The notes under the pieces: model-generated | Database searches by the model: none | What the model was told of the DNA's origin: nothing | What the model saw: only the letters and a program-made list of their open reading frames with translations | Source of the DNA: Pocillopora damicornis | Taxonomy: Eukaryota | NCBI RefSeq assembly: GCF_003704095.1 | Contig: NW_020846649.1 | Location: forward strand, 248,001 to 312,000 | Direction of reading: 5' to 3' | DNA length: 64,000 nucleotides | Shown: piece after piece, positions 37,087 to 50,000 of the stretch | Numbering within the stretch: the stretch's first letter is position 1 | How the letters are laid out: the number at the start of each line of letters is the position of its first letter | Program-made: the position numbers and the translations under genes

Positions 37087-40000
37087 TGGAAGACCTAAAA
37101 ATAGACACACGATGTCCCTAATAAACACTTGAGCTAAGCTAACAGACGTCATCGCCATATTTCAACAAAAACTGTTCTTTGTCGATCAAAGATGGGCGCT
37201 CGCAGTCTAAACAGTTTCCGATGAATCTTTGGTCTCCAGAGAAGGTTGCATCGATAATATAAGGTCTTTGGTGTTCACGAGTAAATGGCGATAAGAAAAA
37301 CATACTCAATGAAAGTGCGCGGTTTACAATTTCTTATACGAGGTTTCTTTTCCTAAATCATTCACCAATGTACTAATCTTTCTCGGCGTCAATTATGTCG
37401 TTTCACAAGCTAAAAAATTGTAGAAGAGGTGAAGAACTGAGTTTTCTCGCCAATGATAGCAAAATGTTTTTGCAAAGTTGTTTAAAAAAGCCGGAGGTCG
37501 AAGAATTGTAATTTAACACTGAATAAAGGGAGAAGATCGAAAGTAAGCATTTCAAACCTGTCATTTTGGTGTTATTTTATTTGCTCTGTATTTCTAATCA
37601 ACTCCCACGCGTTTACGTCGATTTCGGAAAATTATTGATGACTTAACATGCTTAACTTTAACTCAACGCTTTTCTTTCGCAATCAGTTTCGTGTCGCTTT
37701 GCACAGTTATCGTTGGATTAAGAAGTTTTTTACACCAATAAATTCAGTTCGAAACAGGTAAAAATTAGTGAAGTTTATTTCAATTTACACGACTTGACAC
37801 AAGTCAGAAGAGGGATTAAATCTTCCTTTGACGAAGAATGCCTGTTTAATTAGAATTTATTTCTGTCAATGCATTCATAGCGGTGGGGCCGAGCTCAGTG
37901 GAAACCATCGGTTCCGTTCCTAAATTGTTTAGTCGAAAATGTAGAACATTCGGTTAGTTCTCCGTGGTTTTCCATAGCAATGACAACTTTGTCCTTGCCA
38001 TAAACAATCAGCGACAGGTACTCTTGCAATCTCCCTTGAAGTTGTTGTATCAGCTTGTCACGCAACACAAAAGATTCTAAAGACTAGCAAGGGGGGAAGG
38101 AAAACATCCAAGCGTCACGTGTACTTTAAACAGAACTCTCAAGCGTCACGAATTTAAAAGGGAAAACTTCAAATCTCAGCTTGACCTGCCTTTCTGAAAA
38201 ATTCACGCGTCGCGGATAGATTTTGGGCTTAATCACGTATCACGTATAAACAGTTTGCCAACCTCATTCTACCGACACAAAATATCAGACATTGATTTGC
38301 CTCAATTCTTGTTGGCGTGAACCATTTTAAGTTGGGATTCTTAAAAATTCGCTTAGACTCTAAAAAATCTCAAACAGGCTCAGGTCAAGTCCAAAACGGG
38401 ATATTATAAAAAAGTTAAGCATTTTTAAATAGTTAAGACCTCTCTGACATTGTTACAATGCTAATTGTAACCAAAGATAGCGGTATTTGGGAGGAAAGGT
38501 TTGGGGAGCGAAAGTCATATTCTATCTATAGAAGATTTACCAATAAATTATCCTCCACCTCTTTCCGTCCTTCTCTGCTCGCTGTGGTTTAAGATAACTG
38601 ACAGATGATAGAAAAATGAAGCGGAAATAATTTGCAATAATCTTCATTTTAGCGGAAATTTATTTTTAACAGGTTAGAACGTTTCATTTTATCGACGAAA
38701 GGTTTGTTTTGTAACTGCTGATTAATAGGGTTCCGCCCCAGGGTAAATACGAATAGACACTGGGATTACTGATAATTCCATTACAGCCACCTTTGTCAAA
38801 AATAAAACAAAAGTAATTCAGAACAATACACTGAAAGAGAAAGCATGAATCAAATAAAGAACGGCATCAAAATACTGCATAAATAGACAGAACAAAAGAT
38901 AAATGAAGCCGGCCCTTGTGCAATTGCCACACAAAAGATATTCATCAGAAATAACTCTTGTCTTTTAATGAACTTCATTTTGCCTGCGTTTTCAATGTTT
39001 ATGTTGTTATTGCAAGAAGTCTTTAATTAAGGTATTTTATAGTAAAACACTCATAAAAACTCTATTTCACCTGATTACAAATATATTGAAAAGCTACGTA
39101 AATCATGAAGAGAAGATGGCCAGAAAGAAGAAGTTGAAGAGACTACTTAAATAAGATCTCAGCTCCCTTTGTGATGTCAAAACTATTTATCATTCTTAAT
39201 CATCGAAAACAGAAACTAAATGGGCCTTCTGATGTAATCTAAAACGGACGTAATATTTCCAAGGGTACTGTTCCTCCCTTCTCACATCGACCTGGGAACG
39301 AGGATTTGCATCGAGCTTGATCCCAAGAAAGCAACTTATGGTATATAGCTAACCCAAATTTTCCAAGATTGTCAAATACAAACCGTGTTCAATCTTTTCC
39401 ATCTCAAACTGACTTTTTTCTGGTTTATTCTTTCTAGCATATGATTTTTACTCTCCGGGAAACTAATATTTCCATATGTTCTAGCTTTTTCTAAAGTCTC
39501 GTATATTTAGCACCATTAGAGAAGTCATCTCAAAATGGCAATGGTTTTTTTTTGTACAGTCCTCTAGAACACTCAAAATAACCACAGAATCGATGACCAC
39601 GAACCTCATTTCACATCCCACTGATTTACTGGGCGAGTCGGCATTTTTTAAAATCAGGCTATGTATGGAAGGTAATGTAACTGACTCCAAAAGCTCTATT
39701 GACAATTACAGAGCGTTGGTTCATTTCCCTAACTTTGTCCTGCCTCAAGGAATTTCTGCGATTCTTCGAGACGTATTCCATTTGGAAGTAATCACTATTG
39801 AAGACCATATATAGAATACAGAAAAGCTGAAAAGGAACCACCCTGGGAACTTAAGCGCGCATCAGCGACTCTACAAAACTAAAGAAGATAAAAAAGACAT
39901 TCGCTCCCCTGTGGGTACATGTACCGTAAATCAGTTTAACAATAAGCCGTGCTCAAGCTAAGGTGACGGAGGGGGAATTTGTAAGGCCCAGTGAGTTATG

Positions 40001-42461
40001 CAAAGCAGTTTATAATCTCGAACATTGCAACCGGCGAGGGTAGAGAAACAAAAAAAAAATGCAGGTTCTACTTTTTCTGCTCACCCATAAAATCAAAGTC
40101 CTTGTTTTACCCGTTCATACTGACAAGGAACAGCGAGGGGGCCGTGTAGATGGCGACAAAATTGTGAAGCCTGTTATTGATACAATCGAAGCATGAACTT
40201 CGAGGTTCCAGATGTCGCCAGATAGGAAATGTCGGAAGGGGGTGCTGGCAGTGTTGTAAAGGTGACTGATGTGAGATCCTAAAATAACTGAGAAAATCTA
40301 GGGAGATTTAACACTGACCCTTACAACTCAGAGGTGCTTGTAAACCGAATTTGACATGCCGCGCAAATTGATATCAGGTTTCTCTAGCTAGCATATGACT
40401 GCAAAATACTGACTATTTTTGTCGCTGTACGAATCGCAGATCATACTCCAGAATCTATATTATTGATGGTTTACCGCTAGTTTCAAGTGTTTTGGGTATG
40501 GCAGTCAAGCTGTCAGCCCGTTTTCCGGCGATATTCGCTAGTGAACCACAGCTGAAATATTGGTCGACAAGCCTGAATAGGGCGCGGTAACTCACACGTC
40601 GACTTGTCAAAATACTCTAAGCTTATAGATATTACTCTTTGGGACACACAAGCTAATTTTCTCTAAGAGCCTTTTGAAATCAAGAGGTATGTTATTTTTT
40701 TTCCTGGATTAGCAAGCAAGTAGGCTCGGCAGTATTAATCTTCCTTCCCCCAACGCCTTTAAATTTCATAATGAGCACGCAAAAGTCTTCCTTAACTGCT
40801 CATCTTGAAGCAGTCTAAACTGAAATTAAATAAACGTTTTTCCTTTATTTTGGTTTCGGGTTAGGTTGAAATTCAAAATAAAACGTTAATTAATCTCTTT
40901 TTCAATTTCGAATTAGTCTAGATCACCCATAAGGAATGGATTAAAAATTACTGTAATATTGTCAATCAATTTGATCTTTTTACCGCGTTTTTCGTTTTTC
41001 CTCACTATAACATCACAATGTAGAGCATATGCTTAAAGCAAGGCGAACTGGGAAACTGCTTTCTTTCCTAGATTTTCCGTTGCGGTTTGGCATGAAAAAG
41101 TCATAAGCGGACACATCGTCGCTAATTTACTATCAGGGCGTTGACGCATCACGGGTTAGACATTTATTTTCCGTTTAAGACTAGCGGTTTTTGCGGCCCA
41201 TTCAGCCCCGGACCTTCAATATGCCAAAAATTTATCCCGCTTCCGTACAGTAAGGTAAAGTAAGGCTTTAGTGTCAATACGTGTGAATGCTGTAGTTTAA
41301 TAAAGCTGTTATCAGACTCGATAAACTTGAGAACTTTCTTAAAGAAGCTTGAAGCTGTGAGCAAACTGTGTTTGTTCCGTTCCCTCGTATTGCTGTTTTG
41401 TAGAACAGTGAAAGTCAATTAAACTCGAAAAGAAAAAGTTTCGAACTAAAAACTGAAGTATGTTTTAAGATTAACAAAAGACACGAAAATAGACTTTGTT
41501 CAATATCTGTGGTTATTTTAAAAAGTTTTTTTTCAGGATTTCTTGGGTATGGCATTGGATTTCCGTTCGAATAATTATTAATTAAGGTAACATGCTAAGA
41601 ACAAACCAGAAAATATGACAACTTGTCGCTGATTGGCCACCAGGAAATATTCCGAGTCTTTCAGCGCGACCTAGTGACCTCAACATGTTTTGAAATATTC
41701 TGAAAATGAAATCGAGCTTGTAACAGGATAGCATGGGCCAAAAACCATTACGAAAAGTTATTTTAAACAATTTTCCTTCCGAAATAGTGAAAAATTTTCA
41801 CCAATTCCAACTTTATCGATGATACTTTTAGTGTCTGAAGCCGATCGTTCGACCGTGAAGCGAACAAAGGGCAGGATTTCGGTATTGTTACGTAAAGGAA
41901 GGCAAGCGCTTTTTGAATAGCAATTATGAGTAATTACTACCGCGCCCTAGATATTGATGTGTTCCGAACCAGCGGGATACGGTTAAAAAAAAAACTTCGT
42001 TGTTCTTTAACCAAGTCGTAAAATCGCATGTCCACGAATAAACATTATGCCCCTGTCGCTACGCTGTTCATTACTGCCGAATATGTAGAGCACTTTGGCC
42101 AACTCCGAGTGTATTATTACAGCATTTCGCAAGGCCTGTTATGATAATTTTTAGCTTTCACTTAACCGGAAGCATTTGACAGGTGAGAGAACGGGTTACC
42201 CCTCCTTTTCTTTCAAGTCCTGATATGTTGCTATGGAAATCATGACGAAAGAGCGCCTCTCTCAGCGAGGAAGACTCTGATTGGATAGTTACGAAATACC
42301 AACACATAAGTAGATAATGACTGTCAATCATCTCAACGCTAAATACAATGTGTTCATTTCACCGAATCAAATGGTTATGTTGGTGTGTGAAAGGAAAACA
42401 TCAAATCACTTTCTCTAAGAGCGTAGCTTTAGCGAACCTCAAACGTTGAACCGAGTTTGAA

Positions 42462-44451
42462 ATGCCTTCATTACTTTACGTGGACAGCCCAAGGAGTTAT
42501 CGAAGAATTCAAGGGGAGAAGAAGAAATACATGGCCAAAGGCGCCACAATTTCATGGTTGTCAGACCAACTGAGCAATGGAGCAATCTTGTTACTTCTCG
42601 ACTGCCGACCGTACGCCGAGTATGCTCAGTCCCATGTACAGGGCGCGATTAATTTAACTATTCCTTCCCTCATGCTACGAAGACTAAAGAAAGGCGCAAA
42701 CTTCGCCATAAGTTCACTGATCACTTCGGAGGATGGCAAGGCTCAGTTTAACAGGAATCTTCGCCTGGCGTCGGGAATAGTTTTGTACGATTCGGAAACG
42801 AACGATGTGTCGAGCGTATGTTCAAACAGTGCCTTAGGAGTCTTGCTGAAGAAGTTTTCCGAAGATGTCAATACGCCAGTTTGGTTACTTGAAGGTAAGA
42901 TTAAAGATTTGTATTTAATTTAACAATCGTACTTTTGTCCTCAAATTTAGTTGACTGGCGTGTAACTAAATTTTCGACAGTCTGTCGCTTGCTCATTTGC
43001 TGATTCAAAAGGGGACACCATCAGAATTTTGTTTGTTTTTGAACTAATCTCGCCCGCATTTAATCTAATATACGCCACTCACTAATTACAACGATTTGTT
43101 CCGATGTTTTTCAGGTGGCTTTACGAAGTTTGAGAATAAGTATCCCAGTTTTTGCGTCGCTGGAGAACTCGTCGATAGACCACTGCTGTCTCTGTCAGGA
43201 TTGACGATACAAGACACCGACATCAATGACCGCGCGTTGAAACTTGAACCAATTACACCACAAATCACTGATCACCAAGAGTCCACGACAAAAGTCCCTG
43301 TTCAGATCCTACCTCGTTTATACCTTGGCAGCGAAAAGGATTCTTCAGATTTGGAACTCTTAAAGAAATACGAAATTTCGTATATCTTAAACGTTACACA
43401 CGACAAGCCGAACTCTTTCGAACATTTGCCTGATTTTAAATACAAGAAACTCCCAGTAGAAGACAACTGGAGAGCTAATCTATCCGACATGTTTCCAGAG
43501 GCATTTCAGTTCATAGGTGAGTTTGTTAACACTAATATTTTTTTTCGCTCGAAGATCGATTAATGTTTTTTTTTCGATGTAGTAGATTTGATGGATAAAA
43601 AATAGCGAGATATAGCAACCGTGGCATTGCGGGAAAGTTGTAATTCTTAGCGGCAAACGCCCCCCGTAGAAATAATTTGTTACTTTTTATACGTAACTGG
43701 AACAACTTTTTAGAGCAAGTGAGTTCGGTAATTCGAAAAAAAAGTCGTTTATTAATCAAGTGAGTGGGTGGTTATGGACTCGAGAAACGAGCGCTGGTGC
43801 ATTCACTCGGCGTTTGTTTGTTTAATGCTGGTTGGTACATTGAAGAAAGCTACTACGTTGTCATCTGACGTAAATATCGCTCAGAATTGAACTAAAGTAA
43901 TCATCTATACAGATACCCCATGGGTAATCGCTAAAACATTTTTGGCTAGATTTTAGTCGCTTCTCTAATAAATTATACTCGCTATACACTCGTGGTCCGC
44001 TTTGAATAGATTTTGCCGCTAAAGCAAGAATTTCTAATTTCCTTCTTCAGTGTAGCGTAACCACTATCCATTGCTTTATTGACTGGATATTGAATTTGCG
44101 GCTTAACTTAAGTTTTGATACCTGCACTCCTAATAATCAAAACTTGTTTTCTTCCTTTTTCCAGATGAGGGCATCACACAGAACCGTGGAGTTTTAATTC
44201 ATTGTCTTGCCGGAGTCTCGCGTTCGGTGACTGTAACTATCGCCTACTTAATATCAGCCCTCAACATGACTTTAAATGAAGCTTACGACTTCGTGAAACA
44301 AAGAAAGCCGAGTGTTAATCCAAATTTGAACTTTATGGGACAACTATTGGAGTTTGAAAGGCAACTCAGAACACCTCAAACCCCAAGTTCCACGACGAGT
44401 ACGCTCTCGAGCGACTGTAGTTTAGACGGCGAAGTCGAAGACTTGAGTTGA
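42462..44451 (+). CDS. DUSP7: Dual-specificity MAP kinase phosphatase, DUSP6/7/9 (MKP3) subfamily
   Basis: Exons 42462 (or ATG 42531)-42894, 43115-43516, 44165-44451. Rhodanese/CH2 domain [29 protein letters not shown], catalytic [15 protein letters not shown]...[13 protein letters not shown]. Three-exon structure as in the vertebrate subfamily. Co-ortholog of DUSP6/7/9, so the symbol is nominal. Confidence 0.95.
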
Positions 44452-45037
44452 ACGTTGTTCGTTGGAGCTGTCAAAAGGTTGAATTCAAATCAAGCTGATA
44501 GATTATAACAGAACTTAGAATTATTCTCCGGAAACAAAAGGACGGCAAGCAATGATCTTTAATGAAAGAGTTACAATTAACAGAGGTTATGCCGAGAAAG
44601 TTTAAAACTATTTCGTATCGGAGAGATATACACTTTCTTTAAGGATAGAGCGAACGAAATCGTTTTAAAGTTGTTTAGAAATTGAAGTTATAGTTTTGTA
44701 TAGCACATTGAAACCATTTTGTGGTAGTTTGAATAATCTTGAGGGAACTTTGCATTGTATGCAATTAAACTGTAAGCACACTTTTGTGCTCATCGACTAG
44801 TTTGTACAGAGTTACACACTTCTTTAAACTTTGCCAGACACGTACTCCATTTAACACGTTTACGATCAATACCTCTACCATTAGTCTTCTCGCGCAGCCA
44901 ATAACCTTCATAACTGACGATAATTCTATCGATAAAGGAATTTCCTTTATTAAAATTCATTGTATACTCCTACAGCATCAATTTTGATAAAGAAACCCTC
45001 TCCAATTCCAGATTTATAATTTATGTTCAGGAAGATT

Positions 45038-45184
45038 TGTAAATAGTTAAAAATATTGAATGATATTTGTGGGAAATTCCTTCAATTCATAGATTCCGAA
45101 GAAGTTGTATATATGTATTAGTTAGTTGGTTATTGTTAGATATACAGATTGTAAATATAATTATGAAATATCTCCTTAAATAAA
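45038..45184 (+). promoter_or_regulatory. DUSP 3'UTR: three Pumilio-binding elements and the polyA signal
   Basis: TGTAAATA 45038-45045, TGTATATA 45106-45113, TGTAAATA 45150-45157; AATAAA 45179-45184; ATTTA motifs at ~45012-45023. Confidence 0.6.
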
Positions 45185-47010
45185 TGTAGAAAGTTCTCAA
45201 ACTCAAAATGAAACGTGTTTTTTATCATTTATTTTTGTCAGAAGTTGTAACATGGCAGCGACTGAGAATCGTAGGGAAGGAAATATAATTTACTTTGTTC
45301 AACCTCTGTGGTAGCAAGCACGAAAAGTTTGCCTCGAGCAGTTGTTGTGGTTGTTTTGTCAATAACTGTTACACAGTCGTAGTAGCCATTCACTCGTATG
45401 GTTTATTTTTAGCTTCTATACTCAGCGAATGAGTCGAGGTATGGTCTCATTCGGTTTCCAATCGACCCCAAGAGTTGATCTTTTCCACGATGTTCTAATT
45501 CCTTCTGCAAGATGGGAGGTTGAAAATGCTCCAAAGTTGAACTTCAAGCAGTGATTAATACGTGTGTTTCCGGTATTTTGTTAATAAGACTCCATTAAAT
45601 ATTGCAGCTAAAGTTTGTTTTCGTTAGTAAACTGGGAGGAGAAATCATCTTCTGTGACATGCTTAATCCGCATGATAGTTAGCAATTACCCTGAGAAGCC
45701 GTAGTTAAAACTTAAATTTTTCATCAGAGAAATTTTCAACCCATACATCTCGTGAGCAACATTCTGGCACTAATTAAAACTTGTAACCTTCAGGGCAAAA
45801 GTTGTCACAGGCTACGATTTGAATTTCTCTTCTACGGGATGACAGAAGAGAAAAAAATCGAAGAAAGTAAGCTTGATTGGAAAGAAGAAGGATAAACAAC
45901 GAGTTAGAGTTTTAATACACGCGAGATCCGGCTTGAGAGAAGTGGAATTTTAGCCTCACGCGTTTTGCCGGCAAGTTCAACAGCACGATTTCCGGTCTTC
46001 CAGACTTACTGGCGCCAACTGTATTTGCCTCTATTTTTATAATCATTATGACGCATGCGCAATGCTGTTCTTCTGACTAGATAACTTGTATGTCGCGCGT
46101 TCGACTGAATAGAATACTTCTCTCAGCCTTTGTTGACCGTCAATAATTCGTAATTTCATTTCATGATTCGAAGAAGTTGCTTTTTCGCCTGGTTCCTGAA
46201 AGACTGTTTTGTAGGCCTTCAAGCACAGATCGGTCGCGTAAATAAACCAAACGATTAATTATTCAAACGGAAGCGATCAGTTTTCAAATGGAACCCTCAA
46301 ACTCGCGACGAAGCTAACACATTTAGCCACCTACCGGAATTAGGGGTCACCTTTCAGTCATAAGACACTGATGAAGCAGTTTTGGCGTTCTTTTCATTGG
46401 GCTGGGGTAACGAAATCGACAAGTTGGGACACGAGTGCTTTGGCTAAGGGGGTCGTGCGTTTCCCTTGAGGGTAGAGAAGGAGAGGATAGCGTAGACTTT
46501 GCGAAAACTCAGACGATAAGTATCAAACATGTCCAGGACGTAGTAGTGAAGGAAGGAACCATTTTGCTTCTCAACGCCTTCCGACGTATCGTGTTTTTCC
46601 GCTTTCACTAAAGCTGAGCCATTTCCGAAAGACTGTCTGACGCAGCCATTCTTCAAACTACTGTGGGATGAAGCCCTGGGGAGATGTACTCAACAGAGTT
46701 TTATACAGGGGTGGGGGGGGAGGGTTACTCTTGAGACTGAATCTCCCCTCTTTTCATTTGCAACTTCAGATACACTTTCGTATACATACCAATGAAAAAT
46801 GGCACCCCCATGAATAACCTAGTTGGGAAGAACTTGATTAAAAGCGTTGTGATAGAATTCCCCTCCCTTTCGTACCTTTCCAACTCTTTGGTATACCTGA
46901 TAACTGTAAGGGTACTTTGCACGGGTGACCCACCTACATATGAGATATCAAAAGGAATACCACTCCCCGGAGCCCAGGTGACTAGTTTAGCACAAATCAT
47001 AAGGAAAGTT

Positions 47011-47036
47011 CCCCCCCCCCCCCCCCCCCCCCCCCC
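47011..47036. repeat. C26 homopolymer
   Basis: 26 consecutive C (poly-G on the minus strand). Confidence 0.9.
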
Positions 47037-50000
47037 TTTCCTTTCATAATCCGCCCTCGCCCACGTCAACAGGACACTTTCCGCGTTTTTTTCATTGCCT
47101 CGATGGGAGTAAATAAGCCCGTGGGCGTTTGAAGTATTACGTTTTGATATGACTAAACCGGATTGTTGCGCAACCAAGTCTTGATAAGCAAATTCAGCAA
47201 AGGTTTTCGTTTTAATTGGCACTACTGCTCAATGAATAAGTTGTTATTGCCAAGCCGGACTTTTTCTACGTGCTGAAACAACACAAGCGTCGGAGCCTAA
47301 AACGGATAACGCGATATTTTTCATTTTAGCAGGAAGCTGTGCTAACTTTGAATTTCTCAATGGGATATTGCATATTGTAATTTTCAAAACAAATTATGAC
47401 ACAAAGCGAAAGTGCTGATGTGAGCAAAACTGTGCGCAATAAGGGAGAGAGAAGCGCCCACGGCCTTTCTTCTCATCGACCTTCTTTCTGATTTCTTTCA
47501 TCGATTTCTTTACGCTCAAAAGAAAAAAATATCGAAATTTCAGTTAGATCTAAAAATAGGCGTAGTGCAAGACCTTATCAAAGGCTCATGGTTTTACGTC
47601 ACGCTTGAGCGAAGTAAACAAACCCATTTGAAATCTACCAGCGTAAAAACAAACGTCTGTAAGGAATAAGCTCTCTTTGTTTAAACGCTTCATTAATCAT
47701 TTGATGAAGTTGTTTTAACGTATTATTTGCTTAGAACTCGTGACCTGTCGAATATTTTTATAACCAGTGTAGACATTCATGGGTTTCCGATCTCGTTTAT
47801 GGTTTCAAGTGTTTTTTTACTTATTAACGAACTTATCACGCCGCATTTGATATCATTAAACTTTAATTTTACAGTATAAAGATTCCGTGGCTACTCATCC
47901 CTTTAAAGTCTTCCAAACATTCACATTAAACACTCATAATCTTGTATAGAACGAAACTTAATATTTCTTGCAAAGGTATAACACAGTTAATCAACATTCT
48001 CAATGCACTGCAAAGAAATTCAAGTTTAGAAAATTGTCTGTGTTGGCGAAGTTCACGTTTTGGAAAAGTTTCAAATTTAACATTCAACGGCTCAAGTATT
48101 TGACTCCGTTGATCAGATGAAACTCTGTCTGGGCCATAAATCTCAAGTGACTTCCACCTTCTAAATTTCCCACCTCCTCACGAATCATCGCGGCAGCTAT
48201 TGCAGCAGCGTATTGAAGCGCGAAAAAAAGGGCTTCGAATAGAACATCAGTTTTTTTATCTACTTTAAAACCAACAGGAAAAATAGCTTCAGGACCAAAT
48301 GTGTTTGAATTCTATAACACGGCACAAAGAAAGATTGAACTTAGCTTGGTTAAAAGTATTCTGTAATCACGGACAAATTTAACGAGGAAAGATCCAAGTA
48401 AACAAGCTATTCTTTAGCTTAGAACGAGCATTTCCACCATAACATTCTATTTTGTCATCGCTGCGATAAGGTAGGGATGATGATTCAATGTTTGGCGGGG
48501 GTTGAAGGTCTCGTTGCCTAGCAATATCAGACCGGAAGGCCTTACCCGATCACACCGCCATATTTTTTTGGAAGAAGGTAGCGGTTACTAAGCTCGAAAA
48601 CAATGAACCGTTAATACATCCCCGTAGCGAACCCAAACAATTTTACAAATAAGATGTTAGGCCGTTTCTGATATATGGTCTAGCATAGCGGCGATGAAAG
48701 TAAGAAAAGACAGTTAAATTCAGCTTGAAGTATAAGATCCTCTTGTGTAGGATCTTGTTTGATTTAAATCCGAATTCCCAGAACTTAAATTATAAATGAT
48801 GTAAAGCTAACACCAAGGTATTCAAACGTTTTGCAGCTTGTGTCGGTGAAAAGAGAAGAAAAGACAATGATATTTGCTGGATTGTTCCTGACTGTTTCTG
48901 CTTGTTACTGTAGAGAAAGAAAAATACTATACATGACTGCTCCAGCTGTTTAGATGCAACGGAAAGAGCCTTTGGAAAATCTAACAATATTGTTATGATA
49001 AACAACAACAAAAAGCTTAAATCAACATGTATGCATGAGGTTAGGACAAGGTTCGTGCTGAGGGTACCGATGATATAAGCTTGGCGCGACTTGATGGTAT
49101 TTCCTGAGTGCGATAATATAATTGGCTGAACCTAAATACAGAAGAGGACTCGTGTTAATATGTTTGTTTTAACGAAGGTATCATGACTTGTTTAGTTAAA
49201 ACAGTTTTGATCATGAAGCTACTTTTAATTGAGAATGGTTATTTGAATATATCGTTCGGCTCATACTTGGTAGTCAAAAGATGGTTCTTTCTGTTTTAAG
49301 CGCTTTTGCCCAGAGGTCATGAATCTGGAGGCCTTACACACACCCGCAAACAGAAGAAAATCAATTCTTCATTTGAGGATAAGCAGGTTTGCATCCAGCT
49401 TATCCGGTTTTTTGTTTTAACTTTTCTTAATTTCTCTCCCCTTCACCAGGATTTTGACTAAGCTGTTGTTTACAGCAAGTAAGTGACGCAGTTGAAATAA
49501 TATGGCAGGAATTTCGGGCTTTATACATGAAGTATTTACGGAGCCCGGTAAAAGAGCCAAAAGCTTCTCAATATACACTAAAAAAAAATCAAACCAAGAT
49601 TTGTTTTTGCTTTATGTTACGCTCAAACGTATATCTCAGCTAAACAATCTGAAAGAGCAAGTTTCTTTTCTGTTTCATCTAGACTGACGCATGGTTTGTT
49701 GTTTACACACACTTCAAGCTGTATTTTTCCGTTTTCCTCGGGAGAAAAAAGCTATTAACGCTTCATTCACCTAGTAATGATATCAAGACACTGCCGGGAG
49801 ACAAACATATTTTCATCTTAGGACGGAAAGAGTAAGTTTTTATTAATATCAACATCAGATCACCCACCACATTAGGAAAAGAGACAATTTTCCTGAATAC
49901 TGAGTGAAATTGGCACCAATCGAGCTAATGAGAAAATTCTTAGAATCCTCCAGGTCCTTTTCCAAGCTAATTACACAGTGAACTCGACTATTTTCCTTTT

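Noticed and set aside
39560-40450. Possible exon or decayed coding fragments upstream of the DUSP
   Set aside because: Multiple stops, no recognisable domain and no consistent exon chain; blastx would be needed.
46725-47222. 165-aa ORF with poly-Gly
   Set aside because: The poly-Gly comes from the C26 run and the rest overlaps repeat-like sequence.
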